Origin: Rhodanobacteraceae bacterium
GTDB lineage: Bacteria; Pseudomonadota; Gammaproteobacteria; Xanthomonadales; SZUA-5
Reading direction: 5' to 3'
DNA length: 64,000 nt
NCBI GenBank assembly: GCA_043754435.1
Contig: JAYUUS010000124.1
Location: 35,716 to 99,715 of the forward strand
Shown: one piece after another, positions 55,394 through 64,000 of the stretch
Layout: each line of letters starts with the position of its first letter
Position numbering within the stretch: the first letter of the stretch is position 1
Notes under the pieces: generated by a model
What the model saw: the letters and a program-made list of their open reading frames with translations, nothing else
Databases searched by the model: none
Told to the model about the DNA's origin: nothing
Translations under genes and position numbers: made by a program

Positions 55394-56281
55394 ATGAGCT
55401 ATCGCTGCGGCACCATTGCCTTGATCGGCCGCCCCAATGTGGGCAAGTCCACGTTACTGAACGCGCTAATTGGTGCCCACCTAGCAGCTACCGCCCGCAA
55501 ACCGCAGACCACGCGCCATCGCATCTTGGGCTTAGCTACCGATGCAACGGCGCAGCTGATCTTCATTGACACCCCTGGCATCCACCAAAAAACCCCGCGC
55601 GCGTTAAATCGCACGCTGAATCGAACGGCGGCAAAAGCCATTTCCGAGGTCGATGTGTTGGCGTTTGTAGTGGATGGCGTGCATTTTGAGGACGACGACG
55701 CGTTGGCGCTCAAGCATGCCGTGGCCGCCAACAAGCCGGTACTTTTAGTGATTAATAAAGTTGATCGCGTAACCGATAAAGAAAAACTTTTGCCCTTTGT
55801 GGAAGAAATGTATTTGCGGCATCAATTTTCGGGCACAGCAATGGTGTCTGCGACCAAACGCAAAGGGCTAGAAGAACTTAAGCGGGAATTGGCGGCGCTT
55901 TTACCGATCGGTGAAGCCCAATATGACGCCGACGATCTAACCGATCGACCGGAGCGCTTTTTAGCCGCCGAATTCATTCGCGAACAATTGATCCGCCTGC
56001 TGGGTGAAGAGCTTCCCTACACGTCCACCGTCACCATCGACGAATTCACACTTGAACCGAAGCTCAAACGTATACAAGCAACTATTTGGGTGGAGCGTGA
56101 TGGGCAAAAAGCCATTGTGATTGGCGAAGGCGGTGCGCGCTTAAAAGAAATCGGCACGAAGGCGCGCTTGGCAATGGAGCGAATTTTTGACTCCAAAGTG
56201 TTTTTAAGCGTCTGGGTTAAAGTCAAATCGGGCTGGAGTGACGACGAGCGCGCACTTAAGTTGCTCGGGTATGGGGATTAG
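55394..56281 (+). CDS. era: GTPase Era
   Basis: Starts at ATG 55394 (MSYRCGTIALIGRPNVGKSTLLNAL). DTPG, NKVD and a C-terminal KH domain (VERDGQKAIVIGEGGARLKEIG) are present. Confidence 0.95.
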   Translation: MSYRCGTIALIGRPNVGKSTLLNALIGAHLAATARKPQTTRHRILGLATDATAQLIFIDTPGIHQKTPRALNRTLNRTAAKAISEVDVLAFVVDGVHFEDDDALALKHAVAANKPVLLVINKVDRVTDKEKLLPFVEEMYLRHQFSGTAMVSATKRKGLEELKRELAALLPIGEAQYDADDLTDRPERFLAAEFIREQLIRLLGEELPYTSTVTIDEFTLEPKLKRIQATIWVERDGQKAIVIGEGGARLKEIGTKARLAMERIFDSKVFLSVWVKVKSGWSDDERALKLLGYGD

Positions 56282-56301
56282 CGCTCAGCTGCTGAATCGT
56301 T

Positions 56302-57009
56302 ATGGTGCGTATCGAAAACGAGCTGACCTATGTGCTGCATCGGCGCGCCTTTGGCGAATCTAGCTTAACGCTTGAGCTACTCACAAAAAATTACGGCCGA
56401 GTGGGTGCACTCGCGCGTGGTGCCCGCCAGCTCAGCCCTAAAGGCGGCAAAGATATGCTCGCGATGGGGGTACTTTATTTAGCTGATTTGGGCGGCAGTG
56501 GTGAACTCTTGCAGCTAAAGCGCTATGAAATTTGCGCCACCGCTCCTACCTTGGTCGGCGAACGCAGTTTGGCGTTGATGTATATCAACGAACTCATTAT
56601 TGCGTTACTCCCGCGTGGCGATGCGCATGACCGCTTGTTTTCGTACTATCAAAGTTCCATTCAAAGTATTGCATTCAGTGAGTTGAGTGCGCACTTACGC
56701 GGCTTTGAACGCATGCTGTTAGAGGAACTAGGCTATGGAATTGATTTCGCCAATGCGGTGACAGGCGAGGCGATCACTAATACGGCATGGTATCGACTTG
56801 ACCCGGATGCTGGCTTCATTGCCACGCAGGCCGGTGCGACGGGCGCAATCACGGGTGCGGCAATTTTAGAGTTTGGTTCGGGCTGCTTTAGTAAAACTCA
56901 TAACAGCATTACACGCGCCATCATGCGTGAGCTGATTTCAGAACGTTTGGGCGGAAAGACGCTAAAATCTTGGGATATGCTGCGTGATTTAGCTACTTTA
57001 CGCAGTTAG
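56302..57009 (+). CDS. recO: DNA repair protein RecO
   Basis: 235 aa. MVRIENELTYVLHRRAFGESSLTLELLTKNYGRVGALARGAR is the typical RecO OB-fold N-terminus. The position after era fits. Confidence 0.88.
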   Translation: MVRIENELTYVLHRRAFGESSLTLELLTKNYGRVGALARGARQLSPKGGKDMLAMGVLYLADLGGSGELLQLKRYEICATAPTLVGERSLALMYINELIIALLPRGDAHDRLFSYYQSSIQSIAFSELSAHLRGFERMLLEELGYGIDFANAVTGEAITNTAWYRLDPDAGFIATQAGATGAITGAAILEFGSGCFSKTHNSITRAIMRELISERLGGKTLKSWDMLRDLATLRS

Positions 57010-57022
57010 CATCAGGACAGCC

Positions 57023-57424
57023 TTACTTAGAGCTATCTTCCCGTAAAAAATCGTTTTGCAAGTATTCAATCTTGCGGAACGGCCAAATGCTAACAATTTT
57101 TTCAGCATGAACGGAACCGTCCACCCAAAGCCCACCCACATATTGCTGCACGGTCCATTGATAGCGCGCACCCAATCTAGACGCCACTTTGAGCCGGCAA
57201 TCTTTGGATAACCCAAGCGCAAAACAGGCGAGTGCTTGCGTGGCGTCGTTAAAAGTTTCCTGCCATCGATCAAAGCCAACCGTAAATTTGCGGCCTTTGT
57301 CTTCGCGAATCCATAGCTTAAAACCGGTCGGTTCACTGGGGATGATTGAAAAAGTGTTGCCGGTCAAATCAGTCTTCAATCCAGGCCGATTACTAAATTT
57401 ATCGATCAACTGTTCTAAAATCAT
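57023..57424 (-). CDS. Hypothetical protein (133 aa) translationally coupled to kdsA
   Basis: ATG 57424 overlaps the kdsA stop (ATGA). It has no signal peptide or TM segment, and I recognise no family. Confidence 0.5.
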   Translation of the reverse strand: MILEQLIDKFSNRPGLKTDLTGNTFSIIPSEPTGFKLWIREDKGRKFTVGFDRWQETFNDATQALACFALGLSKDCRLKVASRLGARYQWTVQQYVGGLWVDGSVHAEKIVSIWPFRKIEYLQNDFLREDSSK

Positions 57425-58254
57425 GGATCTAGCTCGAGTGCCCCTGTGCTCTTAACAATATCGTCTATTGCCTTCAACGTCGACAGCAATGTCTGCATTT
57501 TGTGTAAAGGCCAAGCGTTCGGGCCATCGGACAGCGCTTTATCTGGCTCGGGATGGGTTTCCATAAATAAACCCGCTACACCCGCCGCCACTGCCGCGCG
57601 CGCCAAAACCGGCACATATTCGCGCTGACCGCCACTGGTTGCGCCCTGCCCGCCCGGCTGCTGCACCGAATGGGTAGCATCAAACACAACCGGGCAGCCG
57701 GTTTCACGCATCACGACTAGCCCACGCATATCTGAAATCAGCGTGTTATAGCCAAAACTAACGCCACGCTCGCACACCATAATTTGCTGATTGCCTGTGG
57801 CTTTGGCTTTATCGGCGACATGCTTCATATCCCAGGGCGCTAAAAACTGGCCTTTTTTGATGTTGACCGGTTTGCCTGCACGCGCCACGGCCTGGATGAA
57901 ATTGGTTTGCCGGCAGAGGAATGCCGGCGTTTGCAATACATCCACCACACTCGCCACTTCGTTAAAAGGCGTGTCTTCATGCACATCCGTCAACACCGGC
58001 ACGCCAATTTGACGCTTCACCTCGCTCAGAATACGCAAGCCTTCAGCAATGCCGGGGCCGCGAAAACTACTAGTTGAGCTGCGATTAGCTTTATCGAAAC
58101 TAGACTTGTAAATAAATGGCACACCTAACTCAGCGCATACCGCTTTCAGATAGCCAGCGGTATCAATGGCAAGCTGTTCTGATTCAATGACGCACGGGCC
58201 GCTAATCAAAAAAAATGGCCGCGTTAAGCCAACTTCAAAACCGCAAAGATTCAA
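57421..58254 (-). CDS. kdsA: 3-deoxy-8-phosphooctulonate synthase (KDO8P synthase)
   Basis: 277 aa with ...[12 protein letters not shown]..., ...[14 protein letters not shown]..., ...KKGQFLAPW... and ...[12 protein letters not shown].... Confidence 0.95.
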   Translation of the reverse strand: MNLCGFEVGLTRPFFLISGPCVIESEQLAIDTAGYLKAVCAELGVPFIYKSSFDKANRSSTSSFRGPGIAEGLRILSEVKRQIGVPVLTDVHEDTPFNEVASVVDVLQTPAFLCRQTNFIQAVARAGKPVNIKKGQFLAPWDMKHVADKAKATGNQQIMVCERGVSFGYNTLISDMRGLVVMRETGCPVVFDATHSVQQPGGQGATSGGQREYVPVLARAAVAAGVAGLFMETHPEPDKALSDGPNAWPLHKMQTLLSTLKAIDDIVKSTGALELDP

Positions 58255-58315
58255 GATGATGCACTCTGGTTAGGGGGAACGATTTGACGCGCAAACGATC
58301 TGGCCTCAAATGGCT

Positions 58316-58383
58316 CCCTCTCCCCGCCGAAACCATTAGACACGCAAAATCTGTCTTACGGGGAGAGGGTTGGGGTGAGGGGC
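58316..58383. repeat. Palindromic element CCCTCTCCCCG...CGGGGAGAGGGTTGGGGTGAGGGG
   Basis: Arms at 58316-58326 and 58359-58369 are exact reverse complements, followed by ttggggtgaggggc. It lies between kdsA and sodB and may act as the sodB terminator. Confidence 0.7.
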
Positions 58384-58397
58384 ATTTTTAAAGGTAC

Positions 58398-58976
58398 TTA
58401 AGCCATATTACTTGCGACAAAATCCCAATTGACCAGCGCCCAAAACGCCTCAACATACTTAGCGCGGGCATTGCGATAGTCAACATAATACGCATGTTCC
58501 CAAACATCGCACGTCAACAAAGCACGATCAGAGCCCGTTAAAGGACATGCGGCGTTGCTGGTCGAGACCAGCGCCAGTGCACCGTCGGGCTTTTGTACCA
58601 ACCACGCCCAGCCAGAGCCAAACGTTGTTATCGCTGTTTGAGTAAATTGTTCTTTGAACGCCGCAAAGCTACCGAAAGAGCGCGCAATTGCTTCGCCCAA
58701 CTTGCCACTCGGTTCACCGCCACCATTTGGCTTCAAGCCATTCCAATAAAAAGTGTGGTTCCAAACTTGGGCCGCGTTATTGAACAAACCGCCAGAGCTA
58801 GTCTTAATGATCTCTTCTAAGGTTTTGTTCTCGTTCGGCGTGCCTTTGACCAAATTATTTAAATTGGTCACATAGGTTTGGTGATGTTTACCATAGTGAT
58901 AGTCAATCGTTTCTGACGAAATATGCGGTGCGAGTGCATCACGTGCATAGGGAAGTTCGGGAAGTACGTGTTCCAT
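58398..58976 (-). CDS. sodB: Superoxide dismutase (Fe type)
   Basis: 192 aa with ...HHQTYV..., ...[14 protein letters not shown]... and [13 protein letters not shown]. The AAQ/FW pattern favours Fe-SOD. Confidence 0.9.
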   Translation of the reverse strand: MEHVLPELPYARDALAPHISSETIDYHYGKHHQTYVTNLNNLVKGTPNENKTLEEIIKTSSGGLFNNAAQVWNHTFYWNGLKPNGGGEPSGKLGEAIARSFGSFAAFKEQFTQTAITTFGSGWAWLVQKPDGALALVSTSNAACPLTGSDRALLTCDVWEHAYYVDYRNARAKYVEAFWALVNWDFVASNMA

Positions 58977-59121
58977 GTCTTGCTCCTGATTGAATTAAAA
59001 CGGCTTGTGGTTTTTTAAAGTCATAGACTTCGTGGTGACTAAATGACAAATTTCAATGGTGAAGGAATTACGGAACAATGCCCCATGCGACGCATTTGGA
59101 GTTAAAAGCCCAGCAAAAAAT

Positions 59122-59976
59122 TCAGTTAGATGCAGATTTTTCTGATGCAGGCTTCGCCACTAAACCCTGACGCATGCCATGCTGCAACTGACTCAACAGC
59201 CCACGCAACATTTTCAGCTCAGCAGTTGATCCTTGCAAGCGTTGAAAAATTCGCCGCAGCTGGGTGCCGGTGATGGCGGCATTTTTATTACCAAAATAAT
59301 TTGCCTGTTCGGCGGTACTCAGCAAATGCGTAAAAAATGCATCGAAGGCCTCGACCGGGGCGGGCACGTGACGTGGCTGATAGACAGGCCCCGCCAATGC
59401 GGCTAAACGTAACTCGTAACACAAAATTTGCACCGCAGCAGCCAAGTTCAGCGAAGGGTACTCCGGGTTTGCCGGCACCTGCACTAAAAACTGACAGCAG
59501 TCGAGTGCTGCATTGTCCAAGCCTGCGGGTTCGGGGCCAAAGATAAGCGCAATGTCGCTAGCTTCATCGCCCTTGCGGGAGATTTCCAGGGCCGCCAAAG
59601 TCGCACTGGCGTGCTCGGCGCACTGGCGCGGGGTAAATTCTGGCACCGGAATTAAACGCCGACGCGCACTGGCACCATAAACCACGGCACAGCCTTCAAG
59701 CGCACTTTGCAGGCTAGCAACAACCACTGCGTTCGCTAATACATCCAGCGCACCAGCGGCTAGATCGTTGGCTTGCTTATCGGGAAACGCCATTGGGTTC
59801 ACCAAATACAGCCGACTCAATCCCATCACCTTCATCGCACGCGCACAAGCACCAATATTTCGCGCGAAATGCGTCTCTACCAACACAACACGAATACGCG
59901 CCAACGCATCAGGTTCGCACTTCACGGGGCCAGGATTGGTAGCGTTTCTGGCGTTGATGTTTTTAGACGCGGCCAT
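59122..59976 (-). CDS. trmJ: tRNA (cytidine/uridine-2'-O)-methyltransferase TrmJ (SpoU/TrmH group)
   Basis: 284 aa. RIRVVLVETHFARNIGACARAMKVMGL..LYLVNP and ...FGPEPAGLDN......VQVPANPEYPSLNLAAAV are SPOUT motifs. The extended C-terminus is typical of TrmJ. Confidence 0.8.
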   Translation of the reverse strand: MAASKNINARNATNPGPVKCEPDALARIRVVLVETHFARNIGACARAMKVMGLSRLYLVNPMAFPDKQANDLAAGALDVLANAVVVASLQSALEGCAVVYGASARRRLIPVPEFTPRQCAEHASATLAALEISRKGDEASDIALIFGPEPAGLDNAALDCCQFLVQVPANPEYPSLNLAAAVQILCYELRLAALAGPVYQPRHVPAPVEAFDAFFTHLLSTAEQANYFGNKNAAITGTQLRRIFQRLQGSTAELKMLRGLLSQLQHGMRQGLVAKPASEKSASN

Positions 59977-60140
59977 TTGGGTTCCAAAAGATTATTGTGT
60001 AGTATTAGTTTGTACAGCATCGACAAAAAACGCTTTCATTTAGTTAGGGCCAAATAATTAACGTCGCTAAATATCCGTTCAGAAATCAGCACCCTGCCCT
60101 TTGAGCTTACGGCGTAATTGCACTAGACTTCGCCCCGCGT

Positions 60141-60232
60141 GCCCGAATGGCGAAACAGGTAGACGCAGCGGACTTAAAATCCGCCGGTTGGCTAAAACCA
60201 CCATGCCGGTTCGATTCCGGCTTCGGGCACCA
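60141..60232 (+). tRNA. tRNA-Leu (anticodon TAA), 92 nt with a long variable arm
   Basis: GCCCGAATGGCGAAACAGGTAGACGCAGCGGACTTAAAATCCGC...GCCGGTTCGATTCCGGCTTCGGGCACCA. The acceptor stem gcccgaa/ttcgggc, anticodon loop CTTAAAA and encoded CCA are all present. Confidence 0.9.
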
Positions 60233-60358
60233 CCTCAGCAAGCAATATGACCGCAATAGCCGGTATGCACTCCAGCTATAGCCCAAGAACTCGCCTCACG
60301 CAGGCTTTTTCCGCCGCCCTTTAAACCTGCAAACAAGTTTTCCTGCCGCTAGCAGCCA

Positions 60359-61344
60359 ATGGCTATCAAGAACTTGAACCCACGAGCGCCCTATCCAACG
60401 ACCTTGCCAAAGCTAGCTGCACTTGTCGATCTCAAACGTGCTGGCAAGGCTGCACTTTCCGCAATAGTCATACTTTTTGCTGATCCTCAAATTATTTCAC
60501 CTGCAAAACCCCAAACAACAGCGGGTAACTTTTTGTACGAAGCAACTAGCAAAATTGCGACTTTTAGTCAGCCTGCGCCCGCCCTCACCACGCAGGAGCT
60601 GGAAACTTTTAATCTGGGCAATCGACTATTCAACACGAATTGGGTGCCAACAAGCGCCTCAACAAACGCTTTTAGCGGCCTTTGCCCGCTGTGGGCCGCA
60701 CCACGCTGGGGCGCTACGGTTGGAAGGCGAATATCGCGACTTTGCAGGATTAAACGCTGGACGCAGCACGTTTTGATATGGGCCTGACATCCGAGCTTGC
60801 GCCACAACAAAACTGTGAGGCCGTACAAATCACTTGCGCGCAATCGCTAAGCGGGCACATTCCTGAACTTTCCAGCAGTTTTACCGCAAAAATCACCGAC
60901 TACCTGCGCATGCTCGGCGTGCCTAGGCAACGCCCGCTCAACCCGACGAGTGCACACGGCGCAATGCTGTTTCGTGACTTTCAATGCGGCGCTTGCCACG
61001 TTGAAAACTTCGCAACCGCCTCGCATTCCAGCCTGAGCTATTTGCACAATCAAACTTTTCATCCCTACACCGATCTTTTGCTGCACGACATGGGTGCCGG
61101 TTTAAGCGACAGCCGCCCCGATTTCGCGGCAAGCGGCTCGGAATGGCGCACCGCTCCGCTTTGGGGTATTGGACTAATTCCAAACGTCAATGCTCACAAT
61201 CTATATCTTCACGACGGCCGCGCGCGTGGCGTTGCTGAGGCCGTTTTGTGGCACGGCGGCGAGGCGCAAGCAGCGAAGGAACGCTTTCGCAACACAAGCA
61301 AGGCAGATCGTGAGGCATTGATTGCGTTTGTAAATCGGCTATAG
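60359..61344 (+). pseudogene. Decayed DUF1111 di-haem oxidoreductase/peroxidase-like gene
   Basis: Family blocks are spread over three frames. They are ...FNLGNRLFNTNW...FSGL (frame of 60359), ...TLGRYGWKANIATLQD* (a second frame) and DAARFDMGLTSE...CGACHVENF...EWRTAPLWGIG...LYLHDGRA...AVLWHGGEA (frame of 60778). The segment that should hold the first CxxCH and about 100+ aa is missing. Confidence 0.7.
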
Positions 61345-61409
61345 GCCGAAAGCGTTGACTAAACTGGGATTCGATAAGAACCGCTGACACGGGTTGGGCT
61401 TACTCGGTT

Positions 61410-61835
61410 TCAGGAATGCAGGCTTGCTGGACTCAATACGATGAGTTTCACGCCGGGTAAGTTGTCAAAGTCATTTGCGTTTAGTGTGAGCAGTGCAAAT
61501 CCGTGTTCAATGGCCTGCGCCGCGATCCACAAATCGTTATAGCGCGGACGCGGTGAGCGTCCTGAGCGTTTTTCAGAGGCTGAAAGTACACCGAAAGCCG
61601 CAGCTGATAGCGGCGTTAATTGCAGTATCGGCCCCGCTTCGATGCGCTGTAAATAGGCCGATCGGATCGCTCGCATCGCTGGATCCGCACAAGATTGCAC
61701 ACCAAAATGCAGCTCTCCAAGTGTAATGACCGACGTTGTAAGGTTTGCATTCTGTGTCGCAGCAACCACTGCGCTAAAGGTAAACTGCCGCGTTGAAAGC
61801 CCTATCCAAATACAGCTGTCTAAAATTACGCCCAC
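61410..61835 (-). CDS. vapC: PIN-domain toxin (VapC family)
   Basis: 141 aa from a GTG start inside the antitoxin 3' end. It has (M)GVILDSCIWI..., ...ITLGELHFG... and ...NDLWIAAQAIEHGFALLTLNANDF. These are PIN signatures. Confidence 0.85.
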   Translation of the reverse strand: MGVILDSCIWIGLSTRQFTFSAVVAATQNANLTTSVITLGELHFGVQSCADPAMRAIRSAYLQRIEAGPILQLTPLSAAAFGVLSASEKRSGRSPRPRYNDLWIAAQAIEHGFALLTLNANDFDNLPGVKLIVLSPASLHS

Positions 61836-62083
61836 GGATCGCGCACGCTTTGATCAAACGCATGCTGACTGTCTTTTAGCCATGCCGCACCTTCTTTTGG
61901 ACTCAGTGCGGGCAGTTCAAATCCTTCAAACGCTTGGAAAGCCGTCAAGGTGCGCTTAGGCGGTCCAATCTGAGCGATCGCGACGTTGTTGCGCAAAATG
62001 ACGACGGTTTCGCCGCTTTGCATCACTTTGTCGAGTATGCCGCGCGTGTTTCGCGCGAGTTCGGTAGCGCTAATCGAAAGCAT
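61826..62083 (-). CDS. Antitoxin (Phd/YefM-like) of the adjacent PIN toxin
   Basis: 85 aa. MLSISATELARNTRGILDKVMQSGETVVILRNNVAIAQIGP has the Phd/YefM-type fold pattern. It overlaps the toxin gene by 10 bp. Confidence 0.75.
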   Translation of the reverse strand: MLSISATELARNTRGILDKVMQSGETVVILRNNVAIAQIGPPKRTLTAFQAFEGFELPALSPKEGAAWLKDSQHAFDQSVRDPWA

Positions 62084-62364
62084 ATTGGATCCATAAAATA
62101 CGTATCGTTACGTAATATACATCATTTAGGTGGCCACGCGTGAACGCGTCGGGACTTAACCGCTCATAAGTCTACGCTCGGGGTTGTAAGCTTATGAAGA
62201 CCGCAATGGCCAATTGTTGAGCGTACCAAAGTATTTTTTCCTAATGGCGTGGTGTTTGTCGCACGCAAAACAGCGGCAAGGGCAGTATCGTTTCCATAGT
62301 GTCGAGCACGAAGCCCCCGCGCGAACGATTGCTTCGGGTGGTAAGCAGCATGCCGCTAACGTGC

Positions 62365-64000
62365 CTAGCCCGCTTTCGAGCGCGCCAACAACAACCAAGT
62401 TTCCACCACCGTATCTGGCGTCAAAGAAATACTTTCGATACCCTGCGCCAGCAGCCACTGCGCCAAATCTGGATGATCCGACGGCCCTTGGCCGCAGATG
62501 CCGATGTATTTGCCCATTTTCTTGGCGGCAGTAATCGCCATCGACAGCAGCTTTTTGACCGCCGGGTCGCGCTCATCAAAGAGGTGGGCTACGATATCGG
62601 AATCGCGGTCTAGGCCGAGTGTGAGCTGGGTTAAGTCATTGCTGCCAATGGAAAATCCGTCGAAGTGCGCTAAAAATTCCTCCGCCAAAATCGCGTTGCT
62701 GGGCACTTCGCACATCATGATGACTTTCAAGCCGCATTCGCCGCGCTTGAGGCCAAATTCGGCCAAGGTTTCGATCACCTTTTCGGCTTCGCCAACCGTG
62801 CGCACAAAGGGAATCATTGCCCAGACGTTGGTCAAACCCATTTCTTCGCGCACGCGCTTCATCGCACGGCATTCCAGCGCGAAGCAATCTTTGAAGCGTA
62901 CATCGACGTAGCGCGACGCGCCGCGGAAGCCAATCATTGGATTGTGCTCAATCGGCTCGTAGCGCTTGCCGCCGATGAGTTCAGCATATTCGTTGGATTT
63001 AAAATCGCTCAAGCGCACGATCACCGGGTTCGGCGCAAACGCCGCCGCGATCATTGCCATGCCTTCGGCTAAGCGATCCACATAAAAATCGACCGGGCTG
63101 GCATAGCCCTGGATGCGCGCATCAATTTGCGCTTTGACGGCCGCATCTTGCTGATCGTATTCCAGCAGCGCTTTTGGGTGCACGCCAATGTGGCTATTGA
63201 TAATCATCTCAAGGCGCGCCAAACCGACACCGGCATTGGGCAGCTGGCCGAATTCAAACGCGCGCTCTGGGTGCGCGACGTTCATCATAATTTTGAGCGG
63301 TGCCGGTGGCATAGCGCCCAAATTTGCAGTCAGGCGCTCAAATTTTAGTTCGCCCGCGTAAACATTGCCGGTGTCGCCCTCTGCGCAAGAAACCGTAACC
63401 TGCGCGCCCGCTGCGATTTTTAACGTCGCATCGCCACAGCCCACAATCGCCGGAATACCCAGTTCACGCGCGATAATTGCGGCGTGGCAGGTGCGGCCAC
63501 CGCGATTGGTCACAATCGCCGAGGCGCGCTTCATCACCGGTTCCCAATCCGGGTCGGTCATATCCGTCACTAGCACATCGCCCGCCTGCACCAAGTCCAT
63601 CTGCGCCGTGCCCTTGACCACGCGCGCCGGGCCAGCGCCAATTTTTTGCCCAATCGCCCGGCCCTGCACCAACAGCTCACCTTTTTCGCGCAAGTGGAAT
63701 TTCTCGACTTCGGTGGCGTTTTGCCGCGACTTCACCGTTTCAGGCCGCGCCTGCACGATATAGAGCTTGCCGCTCAAGCCATCTTTGGCCCATTCGATAT
63801 CCATCGGGCGGCCGTAATGCTGCTCAATGGTCAGCGCTTGGCGCGCCAATTCCGCGCATTCCACCTCCGTCATGCAAAACTGATTCTGATCGGCAGCCGG
63901 CACCGGCTCGACGCGCACGCGCTCGCCGGGTTTATCCGAATACACCATGCGCGTTTGTTTGCTGCCTAAAACTCGACGAATCAGCGCACGTTTGCCTGCA
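62365..64000 (-). CDS. ppsA: Phosphoenolpyruvate synthase, C-terminal about 545 aa (N-terminus beyond the window end)
   Basis: The frame stays open to the window edge. It has the phosphohistidine domain ...[21 protein letters not shown]... and the PEP-utilising TIM barrel ...[15 protein letters not shown]... (here [22 protein letters not shown]). Confidence 0.93.
   Translation of the reverse strand, partial: AGKRALIRRVLGSKQTRMVYSDKPGERVRVEPVPAADQNQFCMTEVECAELARQALTIEQHYGRPMDIEWAKDGLSGKLYIVQARPETVKSRQNATEVEKFHLREKGELLVQGRAIGQKIGAGPARVVKGTAQMDLVQAGDVLVTDMTDPDWEPVMKRASAIVTNRGGRTCHAAIIARELGIPAIVGCGDATLKIAAGAQVTVSCAEGDTGNVYAGELKFERLTANLGAMPPAPLKIMMNVAHPERAFEFGQLPNAGVGLARLEMIINSHIGVHPKALLEYDQQDAAVKAQIDARIQGYASPVDFYVDRLAEGMAMIAAAFAPNPVIVRLSDFKSNEYAELIGGKRYEPIEHNPMIGFRGASRYVDVRFKDCFALECRAMKRVREEMGLTNVWAMIPFVRTVGEAEKVIETLAEFGLKRGECGLKVIMMCEVPSNAILAEEFLAHFDGFSIGSNDLTQLTLGLDRDSDIVAHLFDERDPAVKKLLSMAITAAKKMGKYIGICGQGPSDHPDLAQWLLAQGIESISLTPDTVVETWLLLARSKAG

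Noticed and set aside
60233-62364. A tRNA-Leu-anchored genomic island with an att direct repeat.
   Set aside because: There is no integrase gene, and I could not find a copy of the tRNA 3' end (ggttcgattccggcttcgggcacca) downstream. The weak resemblance gggattcgataagaacc near 61364 is too poor to count.
62192-62458. An 88-aa ORF (-) and overlapping + strand ORFs downstream of, or overlapping, the ppsA 3' end.
   Set aside because: They overlap the well-supported ppsA C-terminus, and the sequence is low-complexity with no independent support.

Overview
This is a 64-kb chromosomal segment of a Gram-negative proteobacterium. The gene order rpoE-rseA-rseB-lepA-lepB-DUF4845-rnc-era-recO, a split nrdJa/nrdJb, preTA and amtB/glnK suggest a beta- or gamma-proteobacterial background. 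The taxon cannot be fixed without a database search. I count roughly 60 protein genes and 3 tRNAs (Cys-GCA, Gly-GCC, Leu-UAA). I see no rRNA, no CRISPR array and no recognisable transposase or integrase. Most of the window is housekeeping: scoAB, amtB-glnK, a peroxiredoxin, parC, class II RNR, an FtsX-type ABC transporter, a TetR-OMF-MFP-RND efflux operon, Rrf2-sufBCDS, a preTA/mmsA/aminotransferase pyrimidine and beta-alanine catabolic operon, a Crp/Fnr regulator, the sigma-E operon, lepA-lepB-rnc-era-recO, kdsA, sodB, trmJ and ppsA. Accessory or unusual content: (1) a two-gene AAA-ATPase + HNH module (21.3-23.2 kb) with the architecture of the Septu (PtuA/PtuB) anti-phage system. It sits in a small patch with a TA pair and a heavily decayed permease gene. 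It is my best candidate for a system, but by architecture it looks Septu-like rather than clearly novel. (2) Three PIN-toxin TA pairs. (3) Three decayed genes: a frameshifted TfoX-like gene, an ADOP-type permease and a DUF1111 di-haem protein. (4) An orphan membrane-anchored Hpt+HATPase (CheA-core-like) protein with a tandem-repeat linker, just upstream of rpoE. (5) Unknown ORFs wedged inside the suf and nrdJ operons and coupled to kdsA. (6) Several families of 50-115 bp intergenic palindromic (REP/MITE-like) elements and a perfect 2 x 31 bp duplication abutting parC. (7) Candidate NrdR, Zur and sigma-E regulatory sites. All functional calls rest on by-eye motif recognition of the translated ORFs; no searches were run.
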